64,000 nucleotides of DNA. Origin: Octopus sinensis (Eukaryota). Below the pieces are notes generated by a model that was given only the letters and a program-made list of their open reading frames with translations, was not told where the DNA came from and did not search any database. The stretch covers positions 95,914,001 to 95,978,000 of the forward strand of contig NC_043003.1 of assembly GCF_006345805.1 (NCBI RefSeq). The letters run 5' to 3'. Made by a program: the position numbers and the translations under genes. Of the stretch, positions 36,681 through 50,936 are shown piece after piece. Numbering within the stretch: the first letter of the stretch is position 1; every line of letters starts with the position of its first letter.

Positions 36681-37212
36681 AAGAGGTTTGTATGATTGTG
36701 TATTGAGGGATATATATTATTCAAAGGAATTCCAACCCTGTTTTTTATGTTTTATTTATATTCTTTATAATATTAATGTAGAATATAGAATATATAGTAT
36801 AAATAGTATATATAGTAAAATGAAATGAAGTATTGATTGTCTTATTGAATAGATGAAATATTGAATATCAAATATTAAGGGACTAGTATACTTTCTTGCA
36901 TTTAAGTAGTCTTCAAGGTCCCAGGTTATGACAGGAATATATATATATATATATAAAGAGGTTTGTATGATTGTGTATTGAGGGATATATATTATTCAAA
37001 GGAATTCCAACCCTGTTTTTTATGTTTTATTTATATTCTTTATAATATTAATGTAGAATATAGAATATATAGTATAAATAGTATATATAGTAAAATGAAA
37101 TGAAGTATTGATTGTCTTATTGAATAGATGAAATATTGAATATCAAATATTAAGGGACTAGTATACTTTCTTGCATTTAAGTAGTCTTCAAGGTCCCAGG
37201 TTATGACAGGAA
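36681..37212 (+). repeat. Exact tandem duplication, 275-bp period
   Basis: 36681-36937 recurs at 36956-37212, with (AT)n at the junctions. Confidence 0.92.
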
Positions 37213-37236
37213 TATATATATATATGATATATATGA

Positions 37237-37290
<54 letters not shown>

Positions 37291-37384
37291 CATATATACA
37301 TAATAAAAATTATAGAAATTTTTACTACCCGTGGTCTAGTGTACAAAAAAAAATTAGTCAATAGATTATATATTATTCATATAA

Positions 37385-37752
37385 AATACAGTATACATTA
37401 AAACACATTAAGAGGCTGCCATCATTGGAATCCATTACGCTAGAAAGAACAGTTAAATTCCAAACCACCAAATAGGAATAAATTCTCGAAGGGTATGAAA
37501 AATAAAAACATTTACCATCTAATTTAATTCCCGGACCATGGTTTCTGACTTATTTTAGTAAATAAAAATTATTATTTACTAAAATAAGTCAGAAACCATG
37601 GTCCGGGAATTAAATTAGATGGTAAATGTTTTTATTTTTCATACCCTTCGAGAATTTATTCCTATTTGGTGGTTTGGAATTTAACTGTTCTTTCTAGCAT
37701 AATGGATTCCTATGATGTCAGCCTCTTAATGTGTTTTAATGTATACTGTATT
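37385..37752. repeat. Near-perfect palindrome, 2 x 181 bp with 6-nt loop
   Basis: Arms 37385-37565 and 37572-37752 are reverse complements; 3 mismatches seen, all in the outer part. Confidence 0.95.
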
Positions 37753-38203
37753 ATATATATATATATATATAAACATGCATACATACATGCTCACACATAC
37801 ACATGCACACTCATATGCACACAAGCACACAAAACAAACACATATATACAAACAAAACTGGAGTGGTTTATGAATAAATTATGAGCGAATATATCAAACT
37901 TGCCTTTCCTATGTTGCATTCTGAGCTCTTTGTAACTATAGAGACCAACAAAAAGAAATTTGGACTAAAGTACATGGAGTTCCCTTTATATAGATTTTTT
38001 TCATTCAGTGTGTATTTTAAATACATATACTCGTTATATGGTCATGCAATTGAAATTACATCATCACCATCAACTTCATTATCATCTTTTAACATCTGTT
38101 CTCCATGCTGACAAGAGTTGGCCAGTTTGAGCGCTGTAAATCTATGTCAGTTTACACGTGTCAACTGTAATACTGCATGTTTTCTATGGCTGGATGCAAT
38201 TTA

Positions 38204-38426
38204 ACCCTTTAGCATATAAACTGGCCATATCTGGGCCCAAATACTCTACGTGTTTTATGTTGAACCTGGGCATATTCAGCCTCTCATACCTACCATCAAT
38301 GTTAATCTAAAAATCAAGTCACATCCTCAAAATCTTGAAGGTACAAGATAATATACATGATTAACTTTTTAAAGATTGTGAATAAATAAATATCACTTTT
38401 GACAAAGTAATCTGAATGCTAACAGG
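38204..38426. mobile_element. piggyBac-type MITE, diverged
   Basis: Homologous to 27166-27375; TTAA CCC left end, decayed right end. Confidence 0.65.
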
Positions 38427-38459
38427 TTGAATTTGAATTGAAATCACATTATTCAATTC

Positions 38460-38462
38460 AAT

Positions 38463-38527
<65 letters not shown>

Positions 38528-38540
38528 GTATGTATGTATG

Positions 38541-38584
<44 letters not shown>

Positions 38585-38632
38585 ATCTGTCTGTCTATCT
38601 GTCTGTCTATCTATCTATCTATCTATCTATCA

Positions 38633-38680
<48 letters not shown>

Positions 38681-38782
38681 TCTATCATCTGTCTGTCTGT
38701 CTGTCTATTTATCTATCATCTGTCTGTTTATCTATCTATCTATCTATCTATCAGTCTATCTATCATCTGTCTGTCTGTCTGC

Positions 38783-38860
<78 letters not shown>

Positions 38861-38895
38861 CTCCAGCCATCCATCCATCCATCCATCCATCCATC
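38460..38895. repeat. (TATC/TGTC/CCAT)n compound microsatellite
   Basis: Direct inspection. Confidence 0.95.
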
Positions 38896-39044
38896 TGTCT
38901 CAACTGGGATCCATATAACATTTTGCTGCTAAAGTTTATGTGCAATAAATTAGGTATACTTCTACAATACACAAAATATTTTAACAAATTTTTTTCTATA
39001 CAATTCCTTACAATATTTAATTAATTCTATATACATCAAATGAC

Positions 39045-39112
39045 TATGGAAGTCCAGAAGAGTAAAATAGGAATCAGGGGAGTCCATAGGTAAAAAATGG
39101 TTGAGAAACACT
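39045..39112 (-). mobile_element. hAT terminal fragment
   Basis: Reverse complement CAGTGTTTCTCAACCATTTTTTACCTATGGACTCCC..GATTCCTATTTTAC matches the hAT end at 2041. Confidence 0.65.
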
Positions 39113-39779
39113 GATCTGGATGGATGACTGACTGGCTGACTGACTGACTGGTTGGCTGGCTGGCTGGCTAGATGGATGGATGGATGGATTGACAAATAGC
39201 TAGCTAGCTAGATAGATAGACATACAGACAGATATACAGACAGACAGAGAGATTCTGTGCTGAATTATATGGTGTGTAGTATTACAGTTGATGCATGTAT
39301 TCTCTTCATTGCCCAGTCTATTCTTATACGTGTTATTGTTTAGCCCCAACTGCACTTTGATTGATCAGACCTTGTGATCATAGAATTCCTAAGTGTGAGT
39401 ACCCTATGGTTTTCTTCTAAGTATAGTGTTTACTCCACAGCTTCAGATCAACTTCTTTCAGACAAGGAACATCATCATCATTATCATCATCGTTTAACGT
39501 CTTCTTTCCATGCTGGCATGAGTTGGACAGTTTGACTGAGGGCTGGCGAGCCATAAAAGGCTGCACCAGGCTCCAATCCGATCTAGCAATGTTTCTACAG
39601 CTGGATGCCCTTCCTAACACCAACCACCCCAAGAGTGTAGTGGGTACTTTTTACGTGCCACTGGCACGACGGCCAGTCAGGCGGTACTGGCACCGGCCTC
39701 ACTAAAGGTTCAAATTTTTCTGGATTGGTAACAGAGTTGGAATTGGTTTAGTAGACATATTATTGACAGATAAATAAAT

Positions 39780-42660
39780 AGAGTAATTGAGGTAATCAGA
39801 GTATGAAGCAGAATAATTAAGCTTAAACTTGTCATGGGCAACATAACTGCAAGCATCTTTGCATATGCACCACAATAAGGACTGAATGAGGAACAAAATG
39901 ACCGTTTCTATGAGGCCCTCTTGCAGACTATCTTCATAACAGATGGAAACCATTTAAATATCATACATAGCTTGTATCTTTAATGGAAATATTGGGTAAT
40001 GTTATGATGGATATTTCCATTGTACAAGAAATGTAAATCATGGTACACAGAATTAAAAGAATGCAAGGTAATTGGATTTCTACAATGCAAATGACTAACC
40101 ATTTGAAACACTAACCTCAGATAACCAGTCTGTTACTTAATCTTCTACTATGCAGATGAGCATGCAAGTCAAATCGGAAGCCGATTTGACTTGCATATAT
40201 AGAGGATATATAGAGGGTTGTGAATACTACGTATTTCTCTAGTGAAGAATGTTCCATTCAATAAAGACTAGTGATGTCAGAGTAAGAGTTAGACACAAAA
40301 CAATTAACAGAAGTTACGGAGATGTACTTGCATAGCAAATGACCTGATCTGAGATTGTGTGCTGGAACGAAAACGATTGCAGCATGGAAGCTGTTTATAA
40401 GCCATTTAAGAAACACACATAATCTGTTAGATTCACTTTAAATTTAATTTGTCTAAATATTTTCATCGCTTTGAGACCACGACCTGTTCACTGACAAAAT
40501 TCTGTGCTGCATTAAGAGAAGGAAGGCATAAAAGACGAATCATATTGCTGGTAGATGTGTATGTTGAGAAGGAAGAGGAGATAGGCCTATAATTTATAAA
40601 AGATAAGTGAGAGCTTTTGTGAGGTAACCAGCTGCATGCCATTGATAAGATTTTTGGCTTGAGAAAGATTGCAGGTAAGTAGAAAGTAACATGGTGATAG
40701 AATTGTAGGGCAAATAGGGAAATGAAAACTGAGAGGCCTGGAAAGAATGGAAATAAGAGGGAGCAAGACATTATGTATTCTTAACAAGGATAAAAACAAA
40801 AAGTAAAAGGCTTTTCTATGTGCTGTTACATGAGGATCAGGGGCATGGAATGTTCCATACTGCAAAACAGTGTGTTGGTTTGAATCAGAATGTCATTGGT
40901 GAAAGTGTGTATGAAATGATAGTGACACACTCATTCTGAAAGAAGAAAGAGAGTGGAAATGCTGTGCCAAGGAAATGCTGAAGGAGAAGAATACTTGTGA
41001 AAGACAAGGACAATCATATCTAGGCCTCACAGTGGAGACCAGATGTTGAAAATTAAAGTTGTCTGGTCAGAAGGCCATTAAGGATAAAAAGGCAAGGAAA
41101 ACAGCTAGGGCCTAAAGAATAGTCACTGGGGGTGCTGAAAATATCTGGTGAAGCAGGATACATAATAATGACGTAATACAGGAAGGAGTCATTTCAAGTA
41201 ACTTATATAACATAACCATTGATTGCTACAATGGCACAAGGAGATGCTTTAGAGGCACCAAATTGATGATGAACTGATTGTATGTAAGTAACAGAGTTAT
41301 AGCACAACTAATTCAGATAAAAATTAGCTTAGATGAGAAACAGATTGAATTAGAATGAGGTACCACCAATGCCTTCTTCTTAATGAGACAACTACAGGCA
41401 AAATAAGCCAGTATATTCAGCATTCATTGAAGTGGAGAAGGCTTTGACCAGGTACCCTATTAGTTTGATAATTGCTAAGAAAAAATCAAGTGTAGGTGAA
41501 TGCCTAATGAGAGATGTTCAAGCCATGAAGAGCTCTGCTATTAGCAAAGTGAGTTCAGTGAGGAATTGAGCATGCAGTTAAATGGTTGCCAGGACTTGGT
41601 TCTCAGCCCCTTTAGTTTATTACTGCTCTTCAGGTGGTAAAAGCTTGATATTAGTTGTTCAGAGGAACTTCTGTATCATGATGTCTTAGTGCACTTAGCT
41701 GAATATGTTGAAGAATTAGAGAAGAAATTCAAAATGAGACAAAACCTAGAGCTGAGAAGTCAAGTTGCAAAGGGCAAAGTTTTAGTCAGCCTGGACAAAA
41801 AGATAGGATTGCACTGCCATTTGGAAAAGAACCATGCTCAATATGCAGAATGGAATAGGTATAAATACTATATGTTGTACACTGTATAAACTATGATTGT
41901 GCAAGAGATGCATTGGAATCGGAGGCAGGCTGACAGAAAAATTGGATTTCCTATGGAGTAGATGTGCTGAAATAATTAAAGTAATTAGCAGTAAGAGCAT
42001 CTATAAAGCAAATTCTATCAAATGCTCTGAGGATTCCATAGAAATAGTCAATAGCTTCTGTTATTCAGTCAATCAATTTAGCAGTGGAGTAAGGTGTTCC
42101 AAAAGTATAGCAGCAAAAGTAAGAACATGCGCTGGGGATATTCAAGGAAACATTACCTCTGATGGTAATAAAGGGATTCTCTTTATGATGGAAGAACAGA
42201 TTAAATGTTCATGTGCTTGTGTATGAAGGGCACTGTTGCATGGTAGCAAAACTTGATGTAGAGGATGTGTGTGAAAGCTAGAAAGAAATAAAACAGGTGG
42301 CAAGCTGGCAGCATCATTAGCACCCCAGGCAAAATGTTTAGCGGTATTTCATCTGCTGTTACGTTCTGAGTTCAAATTCCGCCGAGGTTGACTTTGCCTT
42401 TCATCCTTTTGGGGTCGATAAATTAAGTACCAGCTATGCACTGGGTTCGATGTAATTGACTTAATCCCTTTGGTCTCTCCTTGTTCGTCCCCTCTATGTT
42501 TAGCCCCTTGTGGGCAATAAAGAAATAAGAAATAAATAAAACAGCCCTGCTCTATTGAATGTCAGTGTGCATGAACCATGGAGCACAAAATGAACTGAGA
42601 GGCAAACTTTATAAGAGAAATCACATGTATTCTAGGAAGAAGAACTGGAATGGGCGTATG
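39780..42660 (+). mobile_element. Highly degenerate long RTE LINE (APE endonuclease to RT), with insertions
   Basis: Decayed peptides IFAYAPQ*GLNEEQNDRFY (APE), LEELEKKF, VNSFCY, LHGSKT; collinear with the young RTE at 22033. Contains a family B SINE (~42296-42531) and an inverted copy of the 56.7-kb repeat (~40310-40500). Confidence 0.7.
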
Positions 42661-42819
42661 AAAGACCATTGTTTGAAGGACCCATGGAGATCAGTCAAAA
42701 TATGAGAAGTGGTGAAAGTTGATCTCAGGAAACTGAATCATATGGAATGAAATGGCAAGACACTGTGCTGGAGAAGACTTACTCAACCCATACAGGTATG
42801 GAAAACAGACATTTAAAAT

Positions 42820-43145
42820 GATGATGATGAGGAGGAGGAGGACGATGACGATGACAACGATGATGACAACAACAACGACGATGATTATGACAATGATGAT
42901 AACGAAGATGAGGATTAGAACAACAATAATGATGATGATGATGATGATAGGGAAGAGGAAGAGGGGGAATGACAATGATGATAATGATGTTGATTCGATG
43001 ATGATGATGGTGATGATGATGACAATTATAAAAGTAATGGTGACAAACAATAACAATGATGATGATGATGATACCATTGCTGCTGTCGATGCAGCCACCG
43101 ATGACAATGACAAAGCAATGATGATGATGATGATGATGATGATGA
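42820..43145. repeat. (GAT/GAC/AAT)n trinucleotide tract following an RTE tail
   Basis: Direct inspection. Confidence 0.92.
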
Positions 43146-46100
43146 TATAAAACAATGATAAATAAAGCAAAATGAAAATTGAAGGTATTTTTGCTATTTG
43201 CTGTTCTGGAAAAACCTGACTGAGTGATGGTGATTGTGGCTGTCAAATCTCTAGGATTCAGTACCTACAGCTTCAGTAGAGGAAATGTTAAAGACAAAAT
43301 AAATGGGAATTCTTCTAAAAGCAGATCCAAATAATAGTTCATCAAAACTGCTAAACATAAAATAGAAACAGTTTGTCTATTTTTATGGACTTTTATAGTA
43401 TAATACAAAGCCACCCATCTTGAAACACATAGATTTATAGTAAGGTTATCAAAATGGGGATTTATAAAATCAATAACATTGATTTTTATTTTTAGCAAGG
43501 GAGATTGTAGTCTAGCAGGAATTCATTATTCTTCTTCAATTCTCTGCTGCCAATGAATGTTCTTCACCACTTTTGATTACTGGTTAGATTCCTGTGTTGT
43601 CATGAAATATTTTCTGATAACTCTATAATATTGATTGAAATAGCCAGTGTTTCTTATCATTTAGTTTGTGTGTGTGCTTTTAATAATATTATATCGATAG
43701 TTTTTCTTGTCTATTCATATATAACAACACTTATTTACGACTAACTCTTCTTGAGTGCATCCAGTATTATTGGTTGTGAAAGGAATATCAGCTCTTCTTC
43801 GAATATTGACATCTTCCTAATGATTTATAAAACTCCTGTCAACAGTTCGAAGAATTCTCAAAGTTATAGAAACAAAACTAGAACTTTTATTGTATTACTT
43901 TGGCCTGTAAATGTATTTCACAAAAGCATACCAACTTCAAGTAAAATTTATCTAACACTATGGCTTATTTAGAAAATGAGCAAATGTTTGCAATGTATAT
44001 TTTTCTGTCTTATAAAAGTTAACTTTTATCAATCAACCCTTTTTTTTTTTTACAATATTTCTGTTGAAAAACATGACTGTTGTTGCAATTCATTTCGAAA
44101 ATAGTAAAAGGCTTAATGAAATAACTGTGTCTCAATTAAACTTGTGTTTGGAACATAAATCAACATAGATGTTTGATGGAAGGCTATGATTTAGATCTCT
44201 TTAAAACATGAAACTTGTATCATCGCACTAGGAGTAGTCTCAGGTAGTTTGGCACCAAAAGGATTGAATATACGATAAATGATTCAGGTAAATTTATATG
44301 CGATTGTTGTTGCTATTATTGTTGTTATTGTGGTTGTTATATAGCTCTGTTCGATTTTGTTCAATCCTGATTGAACATATACATAAGTAGTTGAATATCT
44401 GGTTGAAGACGTACAATAGTTTGTTGTGTGGAGAACAGTTTGGCAGTCTGGGAGTGCAATGTTTCTTCTGCTGTCTGATCTGTATATACCCAAGTTTTGT
44501 TGCAGGCCACAGAAGAGGCAGGTAAGGAAACATCTTCAGAGTATGATAGTGTCTTTTCACTAAATTTTGTTCAGGTGATAGATGTAGGCATGGCTGCGTT
44601 GTTAAGAACTTCGGTTTTAGGTTCCGTCCTACAGCTAGGCATTTCGAGCAAGTGTCTTCATGTATAGCCTTGGGCTGACCAAAACCTTGTCAGTGGACTT
44701 GGTAGATGGAAGATGTAAGAAGTTCATTGTACATATGTCTGCAATTGTGTATATATGTGCATATGTGTGTGCATGTGTGTGTAAATGTGTGGCTGTATGT
44801 GTGCATGGGTATATGTGCATTTGTTTTGACATCTCTCAATAGTTGTAAACAAGCATCACTGTTATACAAGCAGTATCCTTCATTTCAAATATTCCATGAA
44901 AACAAGTCTGGCCTTGAGGAAATATTAACTTGCTTGGAAACAGTTGAGGGTTTGCAACTGGAAAAGTATCAAGCTATAGAAGATCTGTCTCAATAGATTC
45001 TATCTGACTCCTGCAAACATGGAAAAGTGGACATTATAATAACAATGATGATGATGATAATGATGATGATGATGATGATGATAATGACAATGCTGATGCC
45101 TTTAAGTACAACAAATGAAATTAATGGGACCCAGTTATTTTGCTGTCAGGATAGAGACCAAGTGGACCCTGTGTCTCTCCAAGCAATAATCAGAGAAGAA
45201 TTTCAATATAAATTACAAAGTAACAAAATTCATTCACCCAATTATACACTGTACTCATTTCCTACTTCAGTAACTTCTACATGTAGCATTCGTTTGCAGA
45301 AGAGCTTTGCAAAATCAGTTGATCATGGATTTAAAGCAGTGCTGGTATAGTACAACACAAATGCTGCTGTTCAAGAATTTGGACCTGGAGATCTCCATTT
45401 ATGGTGACTTCGAGGGCCACCTTCCAGTGGTGTCGGGTATCAATGAAGAACCCTCGACTACAACAAGACGACCAAAGTTTTTTTTTTTTTCCAAGGTCTG
45501 GGGTCTCCTGCCCCTTAGCCCTAGACCATCACCTAATCACCCTTACCTATCTTGTTGCTTAACAACAACAACACAAATGCTTGACTTTTTAAAGAGATCG
45601 TCAGGAATTTTATCATCTTGGATGTCTAAGCCTCAGTTCTGATGTACCTTTTACTTTTTGTTTTTTACTTTTTACCTCGTTCACTCATTGGATTGCAGCC
45701 ATGGCAAGACACCACTTTTGAAAAGTTTAGTCAAACAAATCTTCCTCAGTACCTACTTTGAAATCCTGGTACTTATTCTATTGGTCTCTGTTGATGAAAT
45801 GCTAAGTTATGGGGATGTAAACTACCAACACTGGTTGCTGAGTGGTGGTGGAAGTCAAACACAAACATAACCACTCACAAACACACACACACACACACAC
45901 GTGTGCATGTGCATGCATGCTAACACACATACACATACACATGCTCACACGCACACACACACACACATACATACACACACATGCACGTGTATGTGCATGC
46001 ACACATAGGCATGCAGGCTCACACACATGCATACACATGTGCACACACACACACACACAAACACATACAACAGGCTTCTCTCAGATTCCATCTACTGAAT

Positions 46101-47739
46101 TCATTCACAAAAATTTGTTAGGCTTGGGGTTATAGAAAAGACACTCGCTGAAAATGCTCTGTAATGAGATTAACATATTTGCAATAAATTATTCAAGCCT
46201 TTAATCAGAATGCTGTTGAACAATTTTATATATATGTCACGTCTACTTCTGCAACAACTATATTGGTTATTTTAAACCTGCTAGCTGATGTTTACTATGA
46301 TGTAATTATTTTAAATAGTAATCTGTGAATCATACTAAATGCAGATATATCATGGAAAGCATATTAATTGCGGTGTTCAATCTGAGATAATATCTCTTAT
46401 GGACATACTGTGTTAAAAAATCAAAAAAATGTAACAGTAGCAGATGAATATCATCCAGTAGTGGTGATGTTATCTCTAGATGTGCATTTCTACTATCTGA
46501 ACTTCATCAATAGCAAGTATCCACAAGCAATCACATGGTATGTCAAAATCAATTGTCGCTGATGTAAGAAAACAGTGGCTGAAAAATCACTGATGCTGCA
46601 ATTAGCCAGCCAGCTAAATAAAAATTTGTTATGAGCAACAGAAGCAGTTTTAGTTTAAAATAGCATGCTGTGAATCATAGAGAATGCAGTTACCTCACGG
46701 AAAACTAAATTTACTGTGACATTTTTCTTGAGATAATATCTCTTATAGATGTACTAGGAATGGTTTTTATTTGATATTAGTTGTGTTCCAGTCTCAAGGA
46801 TAATGCCACTGTTGTACAGTAAATGCTAAATTCATTCCACTCATCATCATCATCCATTGATGTTGCTGAACAACTGGCCTCAGTCAGTTGGGATTCACGG
46901 TATGGATTTTACTATTCATCTTTTTTGATTGCTGAATATAAAATGTGGTCTGTGAAACCCCCATTCAATTCGTGTAATTTTCCTGAGTCACAATCTCACC
47001 CTTGCAAGCTGATCTGTCATAATGTGGCCCATTTACAACAGAATGGCTGGGGTCAATGTAAAAAATGAAGTGTTTTGCTCAAAAACTCAATGTATAGCTA
47101 GCCTGGGAATTGAAACTATGTGCAACACCCTGAACACTAAGCCGTGTGCCTTCAAGCCACTAACAATTTACTGAGTATTTTTGTCATCACATGTAAAAAT
47201 GGGTAAATCTCATCAATACTCAACAAAATTTAATCATTTTTGATATTGAATGAATGCCCATTATACTGGAAATTCCCTTACGTGTTGCTAACAAAATCCT
47301 TTCTATTTCTGGGCCTCTCTCTTTTTCTCCCCACATCTCTCTCTATCTCTCACTCTCCTTCGCTTTTTGCCCCACACTCATACACATGCACACAGCTATG
47401 CACACACATGCACCCACATACATACATAAGGCTTTACTTTTATCTTTCCAATCTGTGTTGTTATTATCCAAACCACCGCAATAATTTACTTCTAAATCTT
47501 TTAATAAGGATTTTTCATAATTCCTTATTAGTCCCTTATGTTTTGTTCATTTAATCTATATCATATTTTCATATCGATGTTTGACAGGATTTTAATACCT
47601 GCATCCAAATTAAGTTTGCTGATGTATGCTTAGCTTCATATCGGCTCAAATGCCAGCATTGATGAAGGGTTTAGATGAAAATAGAATAGTTACTGAGATA
47701 TAAGTACACATTTATGTATGCACATAAGCAAGTACAACC

Positions 47740-47896
47740 TCCTCCTCCTCCTCCTCCTCCTCCTCCTCCTCATCATCATCATCATCATCATCATCATCAC
47801 CACCACCACCACAACCACCACCACCACCACCACCACCATCATCATTACCACCATCATCATCGTCAGCATCATTTGTCATCATCATCATCGTTACCA

Positions 47897-47928
<32 letters not shown>

Positions 47929-48110
47929 GTTACCTTCACCACTGCCATGACCACCACTATCATCGTCATCATCGTCATCATCATCATCATCACCACCACC
48001 ACCACCATCATCATTACCACTGTCATCATCGTCAGCATCACTTGTCATCATCGTCATCACCACCACTATCATCGTCATCATCGTCATCATCATCATCATC
48101 ATCATTTCTT
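47740..48110. repeat. (CCT/CAT/CAC)n trinucleotide tract
   Basis: Direct inspection; source of poly-H/P/M pseudo-ORFs. Confidence 0.95.
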
Positions 48111-48389
48111 TTATTTGCTACTAGGGAAATAATAATAACAATAATAATAATGATTTCCTTTATTGGCTACAAGTGCCCAAGACATGGAGGGCAATATTGA
48201 AGGACAAGTTACAACACGAAAAAAAAATTACAAAAAAAAAATAAATAAAAGCATGTGGGGTTTACATCAATGAAGGGGAGATACTACCTCATTAAAGGAT
48301 ATAACAGAGGATATAAAATAGAAAATAGAGATATAGATAATAAATAAATAAATAAATAAATAAGCAGAATTCTCAATAGTGGGGCAGTC

Positions 48390-49240
48390 AATTTAGGGCA
48401 ATCTGGGGTAAACCCCACTCAAAACCCCTTATTACTCTGCCATCTCCAAGGTATGGAAAAGTGCCCTCTTCAAGTTTCTTCCCTCTGGCTTAGAAAAATA
48501 TTAAGTAGTTCCATTCAGTCTCACCAGTCTTGCCACTGTTGACCACCTTTTGATAAATTGATAAGGGCTTCACCAGATAGGAATGTGCCTGTTTTCAAAC
48601 CTTTCAGATGGGTCCCTATACACACAGCCTCTTTTTGCCACAGCCACAAAGCAGAGAAAGATCTACATTCCTTCTCTGCTAAGGTGGTGCATTGATCTTC
48701 CCTATACACTCAGCAGACTGCTGGATTCATCTTACGCACAACAACAGCTGCTGCACACAATTCCACAACTCTTCATGCATGGACACTGAATTATTGCATG
48801 CAGGACGGTTTTGTCTCTCTGCAAGCATTTTTTGGCTGGTTTGGCTGTTGGCACTGCCATGCCTGAAGAGCTTGTCTCAAACAGGCAATGCCCCTCTGTA
48901 GCACTGCCAAATCAAAGACTTTTGGAAACTGTCCATGATCTTCAACTTGAAAGTTTTCCAGCAGAGACTACTCAGACTGTTCTTGCTGATGCCTAGATTT
49001 AATCCTAGGCTATCACCACTCATACCCTCACCTAGACCCCTACAGAAATCTTGGGTTGTTTTCCTGCTACCAGTTTCAGGCAGCTGGTACAATGCAGTGA
49101 GCACCTGGCAGTATTCTAGATAACAAATGCCCAACCTTGGTCAACGTTTGCAGCTCTGTCAATGAGATGAGCTGCAGAAAGATGTGTTGCACAAAAACGC
49201 CCACACCAGTTCACTGTTATTTTCGTCATCGTCTTCGTCC
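48390..49240 (-). mobile_element. Tx1/L1-clade LINE 3' relic
   Basis: Minus-strand remnants CLQRDKTVLHAIIQCP (CCHC-like), SAECIGKI and HLKGLKTGTFLSGEALIN resemble the C-terminus of Tx1-type ORF2 (from memory). Many stops. Confidence 0.55.
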
Positions 49241-49329
49241 ACCTCATCTCAGTGATTTAGATATTTCTGTAGGTGTGAAAGCCTTAAAGCGTGGTGCTGC
49301 ATCATTAAGGATCACATCCCAAGACCACT

Positions 49330-49491
49330 GATGATGATGATAATGATGATGATGACGATGACAACGACGACGACAATGATGATGATGACGATGATGATGA
49401 TGATGATGATGATGATGACGATGATGATGACGACGATGACGATGATGACGATGATGACGATGATGACGATGAGGACAATGACGATGAGGAC

Positions 49492-49529
<38 letters not shown>

Positions 49530-49605
49530 CGATGACGACGATGATGACGATGATGGCGATGAGGACGATGACGATGAGGACGATGATGATGATGATGATG
49601 ATGAT
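49330..49605. repeat. (GAT/GAC)n tract
   Basis: Direct inspection. Confidence 0.95.
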
Positions 49606-50482
49606 GGTAACTGAACTCAATCCAGTTATAAATACCTAGGAATACTTAAAGAAGACGAAATTAAACACAATATGAAAGAAAAGACATAGAAACAGTACCT
49701 GTGGCAAGAGAGACAAATATTGGCTTCAAAGCTGAATGTCAGAAACACAATTTCAGCAATAAACTCATGCACAATCACAGTAGTTTGGTATGGCACTGGA
49801 ATCCTGAAGTGGGCAGTGGAAGAGCTAAAAGAGATGGACAGGAAGACAAGAAAGCTCCTAATGATGCGTGGAGCCCATCATCCACGTGCAGACACTAATT
49901 GCCTATACATGAAGACAGCAAATGGAGGAAGGGGACTGATAAGTATGGAAGACTACACGTGTATTGAACTCTAGAGTTTAATGAGATGCCGAGCTCAAAG
50001 TAAGGAAACCTTGCTATATTGACAGTTTGGAGTGAGGGAGAATTGAGAGCAAAGAAAAATGGAAAAACAAAGGAAGAAGTACAAAAAGGACAGGAAGAAG
50101 AATTACGCAAGAAGGGACAACACAATCAATTCCATGTCGCCACAACTGAAGTTGCTAGAAAAAATAGGTGGGACTGGCTGATGAAAGGAGCACTGGAACA
50201 AAAATACTGAGAGCACCATACTGGCAGCGCAAGACCAAGCTTTGCTCATGAATTGGAGGATCAACCTTAGGAATGAGCAAGTGTTTCTGCTGTGCTGCCT
50301 CTATAACAGAATGGATGAAACCATTGCCCCTATCATGAATGAATTACCTAGACTTGCCCCAAACCACTACAAGTTGTGATGACATGATAAGGTAGTGAAA
50401 GTGCTACATCAGAAACTGTGTGAAAAGTGGGGGCTAGAGAGAGGCAAGATGTGGTATGAGGACAAACCACAGAGAGTAGTGT
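49606..50482 (+). mobile_element. Dong/R4-clade (RLE) LINE fragment
   Basis: YLGI, KLNVRNTISAINS, ELKEMDRKTRKLL..HHPRADTNCLY..GGRGL, WDWL.KG, AAQDQAL, then a decayed CCHC region. Confidence 0.8.
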
Positions 50483-50898
50483 AGTGTCTGTGAGTGTGTG
50501 TGTGTTTTCGCATTATGTACGTTATGAAACACACACACACACACATCTACACATACATATACATATGTTACAACTGACATACCAGAATGCATATATGTGA
50601 GTGCTAGAAGTGAAACTTTTCAAAAAAGAAAAACAATGAGGAGGCAAGGTCCAAGGTGTATATAAAAATACACATTTACTGTTCCATTACCAGTTAATAA
50701 TTATCGCAGCAGTTGCATGGTTGCAAGGTATTTACAATTACATATTTACCTTTACATTAAAAAATTTATCCTATATATACATATATATATATATATATAT
50801 AATGGGAAAGTTTACGAAAATTAACAGAAGATGAAGGCAGGTGGAGTACAAGCAAACAAATGTATTAGTATGGTGCTCAGGAATAGAAATAGAAAAAG

Positions 50899-50936
50899 TC
50901 TTTTACGTTTCGAGCCTACGCTCTTCGACAGAAAGA
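50899..50936 (-). ncRNA. Minimal hammerhead-like motif (variant core) in PLE-type relic
   Basis: Minus strand UCUUU-CUGUCGAA-GAGC(GUAG)GCUC-GAAA-CG-UA-AAAGA: minimal type I topology with palindromic ACGU stem III; core deviates from CUGANGA. Confidence 0.45.

Noticed and set aside
43265-43498. ORF with CVSRWVALYY resembling a GPCR TM3 end
   Set aside because: Short, no upstream continuation or splice support, no other helices in frame.
44506-44521. 16-nt microexon between TTTTGTTGCAG and GTAAGG
   Set aside because: Frame-shifting length and no supported neighbouring exons; such signals arise by chance in 64 kb.
45150-45350. Protein-like stretch DRDQVDPVSLQAIIREEF.. after a possible acceptor
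   Set aside because: No recognisable domain and only a weak donor; cannot be supported without expression or homology data.
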